The notes under the pieces were generated by a model that had not been told where the DNA came from, made no database searches, and saw only the letters and a program-made list of their open reading frames with translations. From Octopus bimaculoides (taxonomy: Eukaryota): a stretch of 64,000 nucleotides of DNA. The stretch lies in contig NC_069002.1 of assembly GCF_001194135.2 (NCBI RefSeq), positions 34,520,360 to 34,584,359 on the forward strand. The letters are read 5' to 3'. This document shows, piece after piece, positions 26,081 to 39,998 of this stretch. The position numbers and the translations under genes were made by a program. Every line of letters begins with the position of its first letter. Position 1 is the stretch's first letter.

Positions 26081-26594
26081 TTGGCTCTTTGTGTATGCTA
26101 CTAATTGCATCTTTTAATTCTATATTGTGATGAGATATGCTCATAGAGAAACAGAATTATTTCAGCGATCATAGCGAAGACTGATGAAAAATGTACATCA
26201 ATTCTGTTATCGTCGATGGAACGAGCTCTCTTTCGTTTCAAAATATGCACAGAAATGTTTAATCTATCATGAAATAAGTTTAGGCATCAAAATAATACTA
26301 GCACAAATTTATACATGAAGTACCAGATACACTACGGCTAAAAAAGAAATCAAAAACACTGACGTTGGAGAACATGATCAGCATATTTACTGCTGAACTG
26401 GAATAACGACGAACACTAAACGGTGAAAAATGAAATAATAAACTACACATTTCATATCTATTTTAAAATAACTTTTAAGTTATTTATCGATTTTCTATTC
26501 ATTTTTATAAAATTCTCCGTATAAAATATATTTTCTAATTTTAACACAATATTATTTTCAAAAATTTTACACACTTTAGGCATATATGTTTGTG

Positions 26595-26640
<46 letters not shown>

Positions 26641-26985
26641 NNNNNNNNNNNNNNNNNNNNNNNNNNNNNNNNNNNNNNNNNNNNNNNNNNNNNNNNNNNN
26701 NNNNNNNNNNNNNNNNNNNNNNNNNNNNNNNNNNNNNNNNNNNNNNNNNNNNNNNNNNNNNNNNNNNNNNNNNNNNNNNNNNNNNNNNNNNNNNNNNNNN
26801 NNNNNNNNNNNNNNNNNNNNNNNNNNNNNNNNNNNNNNNNNNNNNNNNNNNNNNNNNNNNNNNNNNNNNNNNNNNNNNNNNNNNNNNNNNNNNNNNNNNN
26901 NNNNNNNNNNNNNNNNNNNNNNNNNNNNNNNNNNNNNNNNNNNNNNNNNNNNNNNNNNNNNNNNNNNNNNNNNNNNNNNNNNNNN

Positions 26986-27030
<45 letters not shown>

Positions 27031-27339
27031 TGTATGTATGTATGTATGTATGTATAAAACAGGCGTGTTACAGCATGGATATCATTTCTGCCGGTATTGT
27101 GTGTGCAAATGTTGAATTTCACAAGTGACTTACTGTTTTTCTGATGTCAACATGTATGGTATTTTGGTGCAGTTTATCTGACTAGACAGATAATGAAAAC
27201 AAAGAAACGCAGTGCTGAATACACGCACATACACACACAAAAACCCCATGTATTTGAAGTTTGTTGAATGAAAATAGGAGCACGGAACTTTGAATAAAGC
27301 TTTGCTCGGTATAATTTAATTCGTTCATCCACACAATTG

Positions 27340-27371
<32 letters not shown>

Positions 27372-27375
27372 CATC

Positions 27376-27528
27376 TTCTGAGGTGAAATTCCGACGAAGT
27401 CGAGCTTGCCTTTCATCTTTTAGGAGTCGATAACAAAAGTACCAGTTGAGTACTAGACTAGAGTCGATGAAATCACCTATCCCCCTCCGCCAAATTTCTG
27501 GCCTTCTGCCTATAAAAGAATGGATATT
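27376..27528 (+). mobile_element. Nin/Deu-domain SINE, 5' truncated
   Basis: AAATTCCGACGAAGTCGAGCTTGCCTTTCATCTTTTAGGAGTCGATAACAAAAGTACCAG. Confidence 0.85.
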
Positions 27529-28754
27529 AATCATCAACCTATTAATCATTAATCTTTAACTGTTTTATATTTATTTAACACGCACGTCCTGACATAAGTC
27601 GTTGTTGTTTATGCTGTTAGCATTTCATTTTACTCATTGCTTTGCCTTGTGTACCACTATTATAGGCAGACACTAGCTATTATAACGAACTGCTTTCTCA
27701 ATGTGGGCATATCGAAAGCGTTCTGGCATATAATGATAGCTTTAGAGTATTATACATCATACAGTTCAACCTTAGCATGAAGTAGACTTAAACTCAAGCA
27801 GCTGTTCCCCTTCATTTTCACTCAACATTTAATGCTATCCAATACAAAACAAGCGTTTGTTCACTGTAATGACCTCCCTAGTGTTTCCTGTAAGTTATGA
27901 TATAATCAGTAGCTTTGTGTAAGGTGTTATATTTTAGAATGCCCTGTTCCAATTAGTGGAGATATTTGGCAAAATGATAACATTTCACATCATCCACAAT
28001 GATTTGAATTTTGTTATGATACAGACATTTATAACAATGCTCAAAACTAACTGTTTCTTCTCCAAATAAAATGACACTTGAGCTTAAGGTTGTATATCAG
28101 CAGTAGTTCGTAACCTGAATATTAGACATTTCATAAGAATATATCGCAAGTGCAATCGATTAGCACAATGCGACTACAAGAATATTTGTTTTCCCTATTT
28201 CTATATCTAAATTTCAAACAATAATATCTATAGAAACTGCACAATGAACGAACTAAAGGGATATGATTTGGTCCAGCAGAAAATATACACGTCGTAATAC
28301 ATTCGATTTAAGGTCAACACAACACGAAAGATTGCAGAGGAAACGCATGTGATCGAATATCAGTGAAATAATCGTATTGTGTAATGTCGGAATTATAAGA
28401 TTGATGACACAAACCAATGAGGTTGTTTGTACGATATCTGTACCGAAGAAAACTATGTGTGCGAGAGGCAAGGATCTCATGTTATAGAGGTGCGGCATTC
28501 AAAAGAGAAAAAAAAACGTCTATGAAAGCTATTTAAAAAAGCAAACAGTTCGTAACCGAGAAACATCACTTCTGTGTATGCCACAAAGCGAATTGACAGC
28601 AGATTTCGTATATTTCCTTCTTGCTTAATGAGAAGTACTATCACCAGAGAGCGGTTAGCTTCTCCAGAACCAATATAATCCGTATTTCATATTAGAAGTC
28701 GAATGTTCAAGTCCAAGAACATAGTTTCTCAACGCAGCATGACATTGTCCATTT

Positions 28755-28890
28755 GGGCACAAGACCAATACATCCGGAGGTGGGGCTAAATCAACAGGTA
28801 CTGATTTTATCGAGAACGAAAGGATGAAACGCTAAGTCGACACAGGCCGTATTTCAAATCAGAATGCAAAGATGGCCGAAATGCCACCCT
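28755..28890 (-). mobile_element. Nin/Deu-domain SINE, degenerate
   Basis: GGGCACAAGACC..TTTTATCGAGAACGAAAGGATGAAACGCTAAGTCGAC. Confidence 0.7.
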
Positions 28891-30431
28891 TTTGTCGTCA
28901 TACATTAAAATATTACAGTCTGATCTCGAACCTAACCGAATCTTCCTGAGATAACTGTAAGTCTAATCGCTACAAATTCACCATATACTCATCACAAACG
29001 TGAGAGGTTCTAATTTCTTTAGAAGCTATGAAGAAAAAGGTAATTAAATCTCAAATCATATTCTACAGACGTTCAGAGAAACTAGAGGGTGTTGATTAAG
29101 GAAATCTGTTATAAAATATGTCTGAGATGTCATAATTCTTATTACAAGAATACCTCCCATCGTTGTTCTCCGTGACAATTAATGACCTGGCGTCAAACAA
29201 CATTACCAAAAAACAAAACCAATGCAACAACAAAAGTTGTTTCTATGATTATTAGCTAAACATTAACGAAGCCCGATTCGTCTGTGTTTTTCAAAAAGAC
29301 GCCTCTTCTAAATTGTAGACATATTGGTGTTTGGGAAATAAATCTGGACACCGTTAATTGTATAAATACTGTACACACACANNNNNNNNNNNNNNNNNNN
29401 NNNNNNNNNNNNNNNNNNNNNNNNNNNNNNNNNNNNNNNNNNNNNNNNNNNNNNNNNNNNNNNNNNNNNNNNNNNNNNNNNNNNNNNNNNNNNNNNNNNN
29501 NNNNNNNNNNNNNNNNNNNNNNNNNNNNNNNNNNNNNNNNNNNNNNNNNNNNNNNNNNNNNNNNNNNNNNNNNNNNNNNNNNNNNNNNNNNNNNNNNNNN
29601 NNNNNNNNNNNNNNNNNNNNNNNNNNNNNNNNNNNNNNNNNNNNNNNNNNNNNNNNNNNNNNNNNNNNNNNNNTATATATATATATATATATGGGTGGAA
29701 GTTTGTATGTATAATATAAGCCGTCAATAATTGAACATTAAAGTGAGTGAGGCAACTTAATTGATAAAACATTGAGAAAGAAAAATACAATTGATAAAGT
29801 CTTAATTAGACCAATTCTAAATTTATGCAAGGACTAAGAAAACATACGTAGGTAATAAGAGAATGTATGGCTCTGCCACGTTTTATATATGAGTATGTTT
29901 GCGTCTGTGCCGGTGTGTGTAAGTAGTATGTGTAATTAGTCGTCTGTGAGAATGTGTATGCATACCTACACAGAGACACGCACGAATGTGTGCGTTTGTG
30001 CATATTTTTATATTCGTGTTTGATTGTATATGTGTGTTTCTATAATTTGCAAAATTCTCTTATAAGGACTAATGGATAATCAGAGAACGGAACATCGAAC
30101 GCCAAAATAACGTATTCACTGTAGTCTTACGGCCGAGGGACGCAGAAGAATAGTCTTTTGTCCGTATTCGAAAGCAAAAGTGATAACTCGACACCTGCAC
30201 CGAAATTAACAAATATCGGGAAAAGAATACAGTAATTATTAAAGGATTGACATTGAATAAACAAGAGAAAATGACTGAATTCAGTGGTCTATGTTTACTC
30301 TGAACGTTGTCTCGTAATGCATCTGTAGATTTACATTTGCGATTCATATATATGGGTGTTTGAGTGTGTGTGTGTATGCATATATACATGCACACACACA
30401 CACATATATGAATGTATGTATATGCATATAT

Positions 30432-30478
<47 letters not shown>

Positions 30479-30829
30479 AATATACATATATATACTTATC
30501 TCTCTCTNNNNNNNNNNATATATATATATATATACATACATACATTATAACATAATATGATAGAAAGAAAGTCAAAGGCTATGAAATGAAAATATTTATT
30601 ATGTATACTAATATATAACATCTAGAAGTATAGATATTATATATTACATAGTACTATTGTTCATTTTACAAGCTAATACACGTACAGAAGTCTATCTCAT
30701 CAGGTCCATAGCATATCTTGCTTACATCTTTTGTTCCTTGTGTTTGTAAAACAACAAACTTTTGTCTTTGCTACAAATTTCATACTACACGACCTAATAT
30801 ATGCATGTGTGCGTACGTATATATATATA

Positions 30830-30993
30830 CGTGCTACGGGCTGATTTCAGTTTTCATCTACCAAATCCACTAACAAGGCGTTGGACGGCCCGAGGCTATT
30901 TCAGAAGACACTTGCTCCAGGTGACACGCAACGAGACTGATCCCAGAACCATATGGTTTGGAAGCAAGATATTTAACACACATCCACGCCTAC
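30830..30993 (-). mobile_element. 5' half of an OR-type CORE-SINE (tRNA head plus CORE)
   Basis: Minus strand reads AAACCATATGGTTCTGGGATCAGTCTC (B-box-like), then GTGTCACCTGGAGCAAGTGTCTTCT (CORE-like), then GTGGATTTGGTAGATGAAAACTGAAA. Confidence 0.75.
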
Positions 30994-31967
30994 TCTATAT
31001 AAAATACTACTTGTGCTGATCGCCATTTCATTTTCACTGCAATGTACCAATAACTCCAGACTGTATTATGAATAGATAAATATTTTGATGAAGTAACGTT
31101 TACATCATCGACGAAAAATATATCTTAATATTTCTATACGTAAGAATACATACACGTTCAGGTGAGTGTGAGAATGTAGGACTGTGTTTCCTTCGACTTT
31201 ATATATATATATATATTCAATAATCTTATTAATTTATAAATGTATGTATATACATATTCACGCACACATATGTATAGATATAAATACACACATACATACA
31301 CGCTCTCTTTCTCACGTACAAACACACACGTACACACGACCATCTATACACCGAGAGAGATAGATTCAGAGACTAGTAGATAGATATGTAGATAGATATG
31401 TAGATAGATAGATATAAAAAAGAAGAGAGAGCGAGAAGAGGTGGGGGCGAAGGCTTAGACGCTAAACCAGATAATTATAGACACACACATACTTATGCGT
31501 ATAAGTATAGATAGAATCCTGTCGTTGCGTCTTTGTTCCTCTGTATTAAAAAATAATATCTCCATAGTTATCTATGTGTAGGCATATATATACGTACTGC
31601 TTGCCAGTGTACAATGTATATCTAATTTGCACTTAACTACGGGTAGTTATACGGTTTCACTGTGATTTTACTGCTCACGGCCTAATTAGAAATATGAAAA
31701 CCAGAATGTAAGAGTAAATATGATCGTTTTAAATAATGCGAAGAACAATTAAATGCAAATTACATATTTCTAGATTTGATTAACGTATAATATATTAAAG
31801 GAATGCTATTCTACACATGAGAAATTGTTTATTGTCAATGCTCGAGATGTTTCTGTCATGTTGGTTATATACATTTATGTATGTATACCTGTGTGTGCGT
31901 GTGTGTGCGTGTGTGTGCTGTGATGTATGTGTATATGTGTGTGCTGCGAATAATAATATATATATAA

Positions 31968-32098
31968 TGAAGATGCATGGCTCAGTGATTACAGCGTCGG
32001 GTTCACAATCATGAGATAGTGAGCTTGATTCCTTGACCGGGCTGTCACAACCGTCTGTGTGCTGTTTCTTTATTTAACCTTGCTCCAGTTCATTAAGC
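31968..32098 (+). mobile_element. CORE-like SINE head (same family as 8002-8272)
   Basis: GCATGGCTCAGTGATTA (A box), GAGCTTGATTCC (B box-like), TTTATTTAACCTTGCTCCAGTTCA. Confidence 0.8.
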
Positions 32099-32419
32099 GT
32101 GTGCGTGTTTGAAAATCCATGTAAGAGCATGCGTACATGTACGCCTGTCCCATTTCGCAAGTTCGTTTGTTTATGCCCAGTAAAAAAAGGGTCTCCGTAT
32201 TAGAGCTCAATAGACTAAGTATCAGACGTTAAAAAATAGATCACTGGGTCCTTTGTGTCCCAGTAAAATTTTTCAATGCGATGCATCAGAATACTTTTTG
32301 ACCAGCAACTGGAAGGAGTTAGAAAGCCAAAACAGAAGAAAAAGACAGTAGGGTTATAGAATCTACGCAAAATGACTTTCATATTGATTCCTATTTAAAC
32401 GCACTACACATGGAAATGT

Positions 32420-32734
32420 GGAGGCAAATGGCCTAATGATTAATGCAGCGGATTCGCGGTTGAAGGATTGCAGGTTCGAATATCAGACCGGGTGATGTGT
32501 GTTTTTATGAGCGAAACACCTAAGCTCAGCGCGGCTCGGGTTGAAGAAAATAGCGAACTGCTGCTGACTCTTTCGCCACAACTTTCTCCCACTCATTCCT
32601 CCTACTACATCTAGCCTCTCACCTGCAACAGACTGGTGTCCCGTCCAGTTGGGGAACCTATACTCCGATGAAACCGGGAAACCGTGCCTTATGAGCCATG
32701 CATGGCTCGAGAAGGAACAAACAAGAACAACAAC
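32420..32734 (+). mobile_element. tRNA-derived SINE with V-domain and (ACA)n tail, near full length
   Basis: A-box-like TGGCCTAATGATTA, B-box-like GGTTCGAATATC, V-domain-like CCTGCAACAGACTGGTGTCCCGTCCAG, and tail GAAGGAACAAACAAGAACAACAAC. Confidence 0.75.
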
Positions 32735-33497
32735 GCACATGGAAATAAGAAAGTTTTAACCAATGGTTATATGTTCAATAGTTAGGTAAATTGTTCAATA
32801 AAACACTGAAACCCTCATTACTCGTCATCATATTACCTAAGTGACCGATTGCCAGATTGTAAAAGACATTAAATTTTTCATAAAATATATCTACAGATAA
32901 ATTTCAACGGAATGTTTGTAATAATGACTATCAAGGGAGAAGAAATGAAGCAAAATATGATTACTTTGTTTTAGATATGTACGTATGATTTCTGTTTATC
33001 AAATTCCGAGCAAAGAAAATTTGATAAAAATAGACGAAATTCTTCGAGAATGTTTATCTGTTTCCTTTGGTTAGTTTCCAACATATCGCAGAATTCATTG
33101 GAGAATAATAGACATCAAAGACGTTAACAGTTATCGTGCCAAACCGAAAGCCTTTAGAAGACCTTTTATTCAAACATAGTCGATAGAGGAAACAACCTTT
33201 TGTGTAGGAGAGATCTTCAAATTAATGAAGCTAATTATACGTCAGACTGAGTTGTTAAAATTACCACAACAATTGTAGCAAATCAACCGTTGCGTAAATT
33301 CTCCCTTCACTCTCAATAGATTTGTTTTTCAGTCTTTATGTTTGAATTAATTCACCACATACGTACATGCATAGCGATGCAGACTGGAGTTTCATCTCGT
33401 AAACACGCAGTTAAAGTTCCTATCCCACTAAAGCGGCTGGCATCTCCGATTTGAGTGGATTTTCGTAGAATGTTATTCGCTGAGTAAAAACACATAC

Positions 33498-33528
<31 letters not shown>

Positions 33529-33565
33529 TGTATATGTTAGAAAAAATAATAAGGTACTCAGATAC

Positions 33566-33752
33566 CTGGATGGTTGTATATTTACAGATTTTTATTAATA
33601 TGTCACATGTTTTATAAATATTAGCACTTGCACCTATTCTTGTAGGTTCTTCAGATATGATCATATCTGAAGAACCTACAAGGATAGGCGCAAGCGCTAA
33701 TATTTATAAAACATGTGACATATTAAAAATATGTAAATGTACAACTATCCAG
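33566..33752. repeat. 187-bp spacer-free palindrome with a flanking 10-bp direct repeat and mirrored hammerhead-like motifs
   Basis: Arms 33566-33660 and 33661-33752 differ by 6 substitutions and one 3-nt indel. CAGATACCTG occurs at 33559-33568 and 33750-33759. Confidence 0.95.
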
Positions 33753-34529
33753 ATACCTGCACCTCATGTTCAATCATAACATCAGCAAGAAGGGTTTAAC
33801 ATTACAAGTTGAAGAAAAGAAGGCTGCAAACAACTTTGTTGATTCTCATCACTGCTGATCAGACGGGGATGAAATGATATGAAATGCCTTGCGTTAGAAC
33901 AAGCATGGGATCGTCTCCGGAATTTGAACCATGGTTTTATATGATGCTAAGGGATACCACAAATCACAAAACTCTCGCGTTGAGAAAAATCAAAGACAAG
34001 AACTTACACCTCGTGTGCAAGCATAAAGTCAAGAATTTGTCTGATTTCCTATAAAAGGAAATCGAAAATATTTTCAGTTAAGAAATTCTCCAGTTGAATA
34101 TTTTGAAAGAAATCATGTAGAAACATATTTATAAGGAAAATGTCGAGAAATACATGAAATTAGACGAGTAAAAGAAAATAAAGTCACGTTGTTAGTATGA
34201 ATACATAGCAAATGAAGGTAAAGAAAATTGATAAATCATAGTAAATAAACATGCTTACGTTTACATATTGCAAACGATGTGTGAATTGGTTTATGTGTGC
34301 TGATGTTTTTCTCAGTGTGTGTATGTGTGTGTGTGACAGAGAGAGATAGTGTGAGCGGTTGTTCATATGTGCGCATGCGCGTATGTGTATGATCTTTAAA
34401 TCAAATATCAAGTAAGAAGTGGTGTCTACAGAGTATAGGCATGTCAGCAACACACTATATATGAAACCTCGACAGTTTTTCTTCGAAACATACATGATGT
34501 GTGTATGCATCTCCATGTGCTTGTATGTT

Positions 34530-34581
<52 letters not shown>

Positions 34582-35553
34582 CATATAAGTATGTTTATAT
34601 GTGTATATATTTACTGACTGATATATACATATATATATATTTGTTTATTCATATATATCTTATACATACATACGTATGCATACACACACACAGACACACA
34701 CACACACACACACACATATGTATATATATGTATATATATATATATATATATGAAGACAGAGGAAGAGAGATTGATAGCTAGATATAAAGACAGATAAATA
34801 GATAGAGAGAGAGAGACAGAGAGAGAAAGAGAGAGAAAGGGGAGGTTATATATATATATATATGCACATCCAACCAGAGAGACATGCACATGTGCATATC
34901 GATACACATGTGCTTGTAGATACACACAAACATACATATTTATATATGCACATATGTGTTATTCCTTTACTACCCACAAGGGGCTATATGCACATATGTG
35001 CATGCATCGAAATGTCTCTTTTATACGCAAACACGCGTAACGGTTTCTAAATAGATATATGCGTCAACAAATATGCCTTTATATGTTATGAAAATTATAT
35101 AAAATGAACAATATGTGTTGATGTGGTGTAGTGGGGAGGTACCATTGTATACTAGGGTTGTGTATTACAATTACGTTTATACGCTTTGAAGCACATTTAC
35201 GTATATACATATATATCACAAAGACACACAATACCTCAGCAGTACGAAAACACACACGGATAGCCACAAACATAACTGACACGCAAAAACACGTAAAGAA
35301 ACACATGTACATGAACATAAAACAGGAAGAGTAAAGAGAAAACTGAGTTAAGTAACGTGCAAAGCAAAATTTATATAAAATATTTTAACAAATATAAAAT
35401 TAACAAATTTCTCATTATTCAAATTAGGAAGAAAATTCAATTTCAGTTCCAAAATTACATATTGAGCATATATGAAAATTAACTTTCTCAATTTTGTCTT
35501 TAATAACGATCAAATTTCATTTTAATCTCAGATGTATTATTTATATGTGTGCG

Positions 35554-35584
<31 letters not shown>

Positions 35585-36053
35585 TATATATANNNNNNNN
35601 NNNNNNNNNNNNNNNNNNNNNNNNNNNNNNNNNNNNNNNNNNNNNNNNNNNNNNNNNNNNNNNNNNNNNNNNNNNNNNNNNNNNNNNNNNNNNNNNNNNN
35701 NNNNNNNNNNNNNNNNNNNNNNNNNNNNNNNNNNNNNNNNNNNNNNNNNNNNNNNNNNNNNNNNNNNNNNNNNNNNNNNNNNNNNNNNNNNNNNNNNNNN
35801 NNNNNNNNNNNNNNNNNNNNNNNNNNNNNNNNNNNNNNNNNNNNNNNNNNNNNNNNNNNNNNNNNNNNNNNNNNNNNNNNNNNNNNNNNNNNNNNNNNNN
35901 NNNNNNNNNNNNNNNNNNNNNNNNNNNNNNNNNNNNNNNNNNNNNNNNNNNNNNNNNNNNNNNNNNNNNNNNNNNNNNNNNNNNNNNNNNNNNNNNNNNN
36001 NNNNNNNNNNNNNNNNNNNNNNNNNNNNNNNNNNNNNNNNNNNNNNNNNNNNN

Positions 36054-36700
36054 ACATTTGTTCTGAGCCGCCTAGACTATTGCTCTCAGTTGTGGTCACC
36101 ACACAGTGTTAAGCGGACAACAGAACTCGAGGCAATTCAGCGGCACTATCCCAAAAAGATCGCCACAGTCCAACAGATGAACTACAGGGAGCGACTGAAG
36201 GCACTAGGTCTCTACTTCCTGGAGCGCAGGCGGGAGAGATATGTAATATTATACATATGGAAAATACTGGAAGGACTGGTGCCAAACTTTGATATCAAGC
36301 ACTACAGGAATGCCAGCACGGCTCGCCACTGCATGGTGCCAAAGGTACCGTCCACTGCATCTCACATAAGAACGAGATACTGCAGCAGCCTCGGTTTCAG
36401 AGGACCTCAGCTCTTCAATGCCCTGCCAAAACATTTGAGAGACATGTAGGACATGGATGCGGATGTCTTCAAGACAGAATTTGACGCTTTCCTCTCCACG
36501 ATACCAGACGAACCAATGGCTCGTAATGAGACGCAGTTTAGGGCAGCTGTGTCAAATTCTCTTATACACGAGATGTGCCATCAAAACTCTGGATTGGACC
36601 ATGGCAGGTGGAGGAGAAGAGCCATGCAAGGAATGTGAAAATCACGGTGGTGCACCAGCATGACCGCAGCCACTTGGCTGAAACACATAAATAAATAAAT
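36054..36700 (+). mobile_element. CR1-like LINE 3' end (ORF2 C-terminal region, 3' UTR and (TAAA)n tail), 5' part lost in a gap
   Basis: FVLSRLDYCSQLWSPHSVKRTTELEAIQRH..NYRERLKALGLYFLERRRERYVILYIWKILEG..RGPQLFNALPKHLRDM*DMDADVFKTEFDAFLSTIPDEP..RAAVSNSL. These are typical post-RT motifs of CR1/L2-group LINEs; one in-frame stop at 36447-36449. Confidence 0.92.
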
Positions 36701-36838
36701 ATATATATATATTTATATATTATATATATGCATATATCTATATATATACATATATATATATATATATAAATATATACATATATAAATATATTCATATATA
36801 TATACATATATATATACATATGTATATATACATATATT

Positions 36839-36884
<46 letters not shown>

Positions 36885-38501
36885 NNNNNNNNNNNNNNNN
36901 NNNNNNNNNNNNNNNNNNNNNNNNNNNNNNNNNNNNNNNNNNNNNNNNNNNNNNNNNNNNNNNNNNNNNNNNNNNNNNNNNNNNNNNNNNNNNNNNNNNN
37001 NNNNNNNNNNNNNNNNNNNNNNNNNNNNNNNNNNNNNNNNNNNNNNNNNNNNNNNNNNNNNNNNNNNNNNNNNNNNNNNNNNNNNNNNNNNNNNNNNNNN
37101 NNNNNNNNNNNNNNNNNNNNNNNNNNNNNNNNNNNNNNNNNNNNNNNNNNNNNNNNNNNNNNNNNNNNNNNNNNNNNNNNNNNNNNNNNNNNNNNNNNNN
37201 NNNNNNNNNNNNNNNNNNNNNNNNNNNNNNNNNNNNNNNNNNNNNNNNNNNNNNNNNNNNNNNNNNNNNNNNNNNNNNNNNNNNNNNNNNNNNNNNNNNN
37301 NNNNNNNNNNNNNNNNNNNNNNNNNNNNNNNNNNNNNNNNNNNNNNNNNNNNNNNNNNNNNNNNNNNNNNNNNNNNNNNNNNNNNNNNNNNNNNNNNNNN
37401 NNNNNNNNNNNNNNNNNNNNNNNNNNNNNNNNNNNNNNNNNNNNNNNNNNNNNNNNNNNNNNNNNNNNNNNNNNNNNNNNNNNNNNNNNNNNNNNNNNNN
37501 NNNNNNNNNNNNNNNNNNNNNNNNNNNNNNNNNNNNNNNNNNNNNNNNNNNNNNNNNNNNNNNNNNNNNNNNNNNNNNNNNNNNNNNNNNNNNNNNNNNN
37601 NNNNNNNNNNNNNNTATATATATATATATATATATGGACGTTGTAGCCAATTCTATAATATCTATAAGAGATGCAAGAAATGGAAGTAGTAATTCTACAG
37701 CAAACTAATGTGTGTAGCCAATTCTTCATGGTGTTCTGTCCAGTACTGAAGTAGGGCAATACCCTGGCGCCAGGCTGGTCTGCTGGTCCTGTTAATACGT
37801 TAACCAGGTGGACAATATGTTCTCCTGGGAATGATAAAAGAGCAACGTCGTTCCATTCGGAACAGACATGTTGAAGTGGCCACAAGCTTGCATGTAAATG
37901 GACCGATCAAGGCAGTATTAATATCCAAGTTAAACTAATCAACACTTGAAACAGGATGTAGCGTTAGAGCACACATATGCCGTAATATTTACTAAGATAG
38001 AAAACTTTCATTCTTCATTTGGTTTTATGGTGCACGAAAGCATATCATAGCTATAACCAGTGGCAGACATTCACCGCTACTTACGCCGCTAGACTACGAT
38101 ATCATGTGATTTTAGTCTGCTTTGACCTTATACATGATAAATACAGACACTCATATATAGGTATGTATTTGTTTGTGTGTGTGTGTGTGTGTATGTGTGA
38201 GTGTTTGTGCGTGTGTAATTTGTATCAATCAATTTTAATGACATGCAATAAGCAGCATTTGGATACCAGTATCACGATATGAACATCGTAATATTTATCA
38301 GTATTACCCTCCGAATATATTTATCGTTCATTTGTAGAATGTGTTATTTCATCGGGTCCGGGTTGACAGGTATACAGGCTCAAGTGCAACGTGCTATAAG
38401 GATTTCTAATGCTTCGTATTAATCTATATATGCCCATAAATGATATTCCATTATTCAGGGAAACTTATGGATAACGGTATTTAATACGTGATTCGTCTCT
38501 C

Positions 38502-38601
38502 TTTACGTTCTGAGTTCAAATTCCGCCGACGTCGACTTTGCCTTTCATACTTTCGGAGTCGATAAGTTAAGTACCAGCTGCGGACTGTGGTCGATCTAAT
38601 T
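38502..38601 (+). mobile_element. Nin/Deu-domain SINE core, well conserved
   Basis: ACGTTCTGAGTTCAAATTCCGCCGACGTCGACTTTGCCTTTCATACTTTCGGAGTCGATAAGTTAAGTACCAG. Confidence 0.9.
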
Positions 38602-38928
38602 AACATAGAATGAGACGACAAAGTGAAAACAGTGTGAATTTTCTAAGACACTTATAAAAAGAAAGGTGGTCATACAGCTGTTTCATGGATACGTGGGATA
38701 TCCCTTCATCAAAAACGGTATGAGAGAGTTAAGTAGAGGCAAATAGTAGAGTTCAACATAAGAAGTTATTCTGGAAAGGGAGAGATGTAGGAAGACTAAA
38801 CGGAAATAAGAGAATAAATGTTTTTTTTAAAAATACGTTGCAATTCCATTTTCCAAGAAAAGTAGTGTGTAGAATGAGTAGAATGGCTTCTTGCTCTTGT
38901 CTATGGTATGTAAATTCCGATCTCTCTC

Positions 38929-38989
<61 letters not shown>

Positions 38990-39965
38990 NNNNNNNNNNN
39001 NNNNNNNNNNNNNNNNNNNNNNNNNNNNNNNNNNNNNNNNNNNNNNNNNNNNNNNNNNNNNNNNNNNNNNNNNNNNNNNNNNNNNNNNNNNNNNNNNNNN
39101 NNNNNNNNNNNNNNNNNNNNNNNNNNNNNNNNNNNNNNNNNNNNNNNNNNNNNNNNNNNNNNNNNNNNNNNNNNNNNNNNNNNNNNNNNNNNNNNNNNNN
39201 NNNNNNNNNNNNNNNNNNNNNNNNNNNNNNNNNNNNNNNNNNNNNNNNNNNNNNNNNNNNNNNNNNNNNNNNNNNNNNNNNNNNNNNNNNNNNNNNNNNN
39301 TATATATATATATATATGTATATATATTCTTTTATCCTTTTTTTTCCTTCATTTGTTTTAGTCATTGATTGCAGCTATGCTGAAACACCACCTTATGTAT
39401 GTATTCTTATAATATATTTGTGTGTGCGTTTCTGTTTTGTGTATGTGTCTGTGTGTGTGTGCGTGCGTGCGACAGTGTATATGTGTCTATACGTAAAAAT
39501 ATGTTTGTAAACTCCCGAATAATTACAGCACGCATACATAGTTTATACACGCATAGCTAGATATGTATTCACATCTTCGTATAAGTGGACTTCATGCAAT
39601 TTTTTTTGATTCCTGGTCAGGAAATAAATTAGATTGGAGATATGGGACATATGAACACAGCAAGATGTTAAATTTTATAGCTGAACAATAATTTGGAAAA
39701 TGTCAGTTTTAATTCAATTAATTTTCTAATAGAAAATATTAAAAATATTGAGAAATCCTTGGATATTGTGTCAGATATTTCATTTATATTTATATAAATA
39801 TTCAAATAGTTTTTAATTCGTGAATGTTTGAATACACCGCAACTTATATACACGAATGTATACTGACGTACATTATTTAATATAGATGTTTGTTGCAAAA
39901 TATACAACCCCACACACACACACACATACGCACACATATGTATATTGGTGTAAATATATGTCTAC

Positions 39966-39998
<33 letters not shown>

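Noticed and set aside
38338-38369. 32-nt exon candidate (MCYFIGSGLT) as the missing signal-peptide exon
   Set aside because: The frame that joins ALRCFKC starts in phase 2, which does not fit the phase-0 donor at 22747, and it is too short to be a signal peptide alone.
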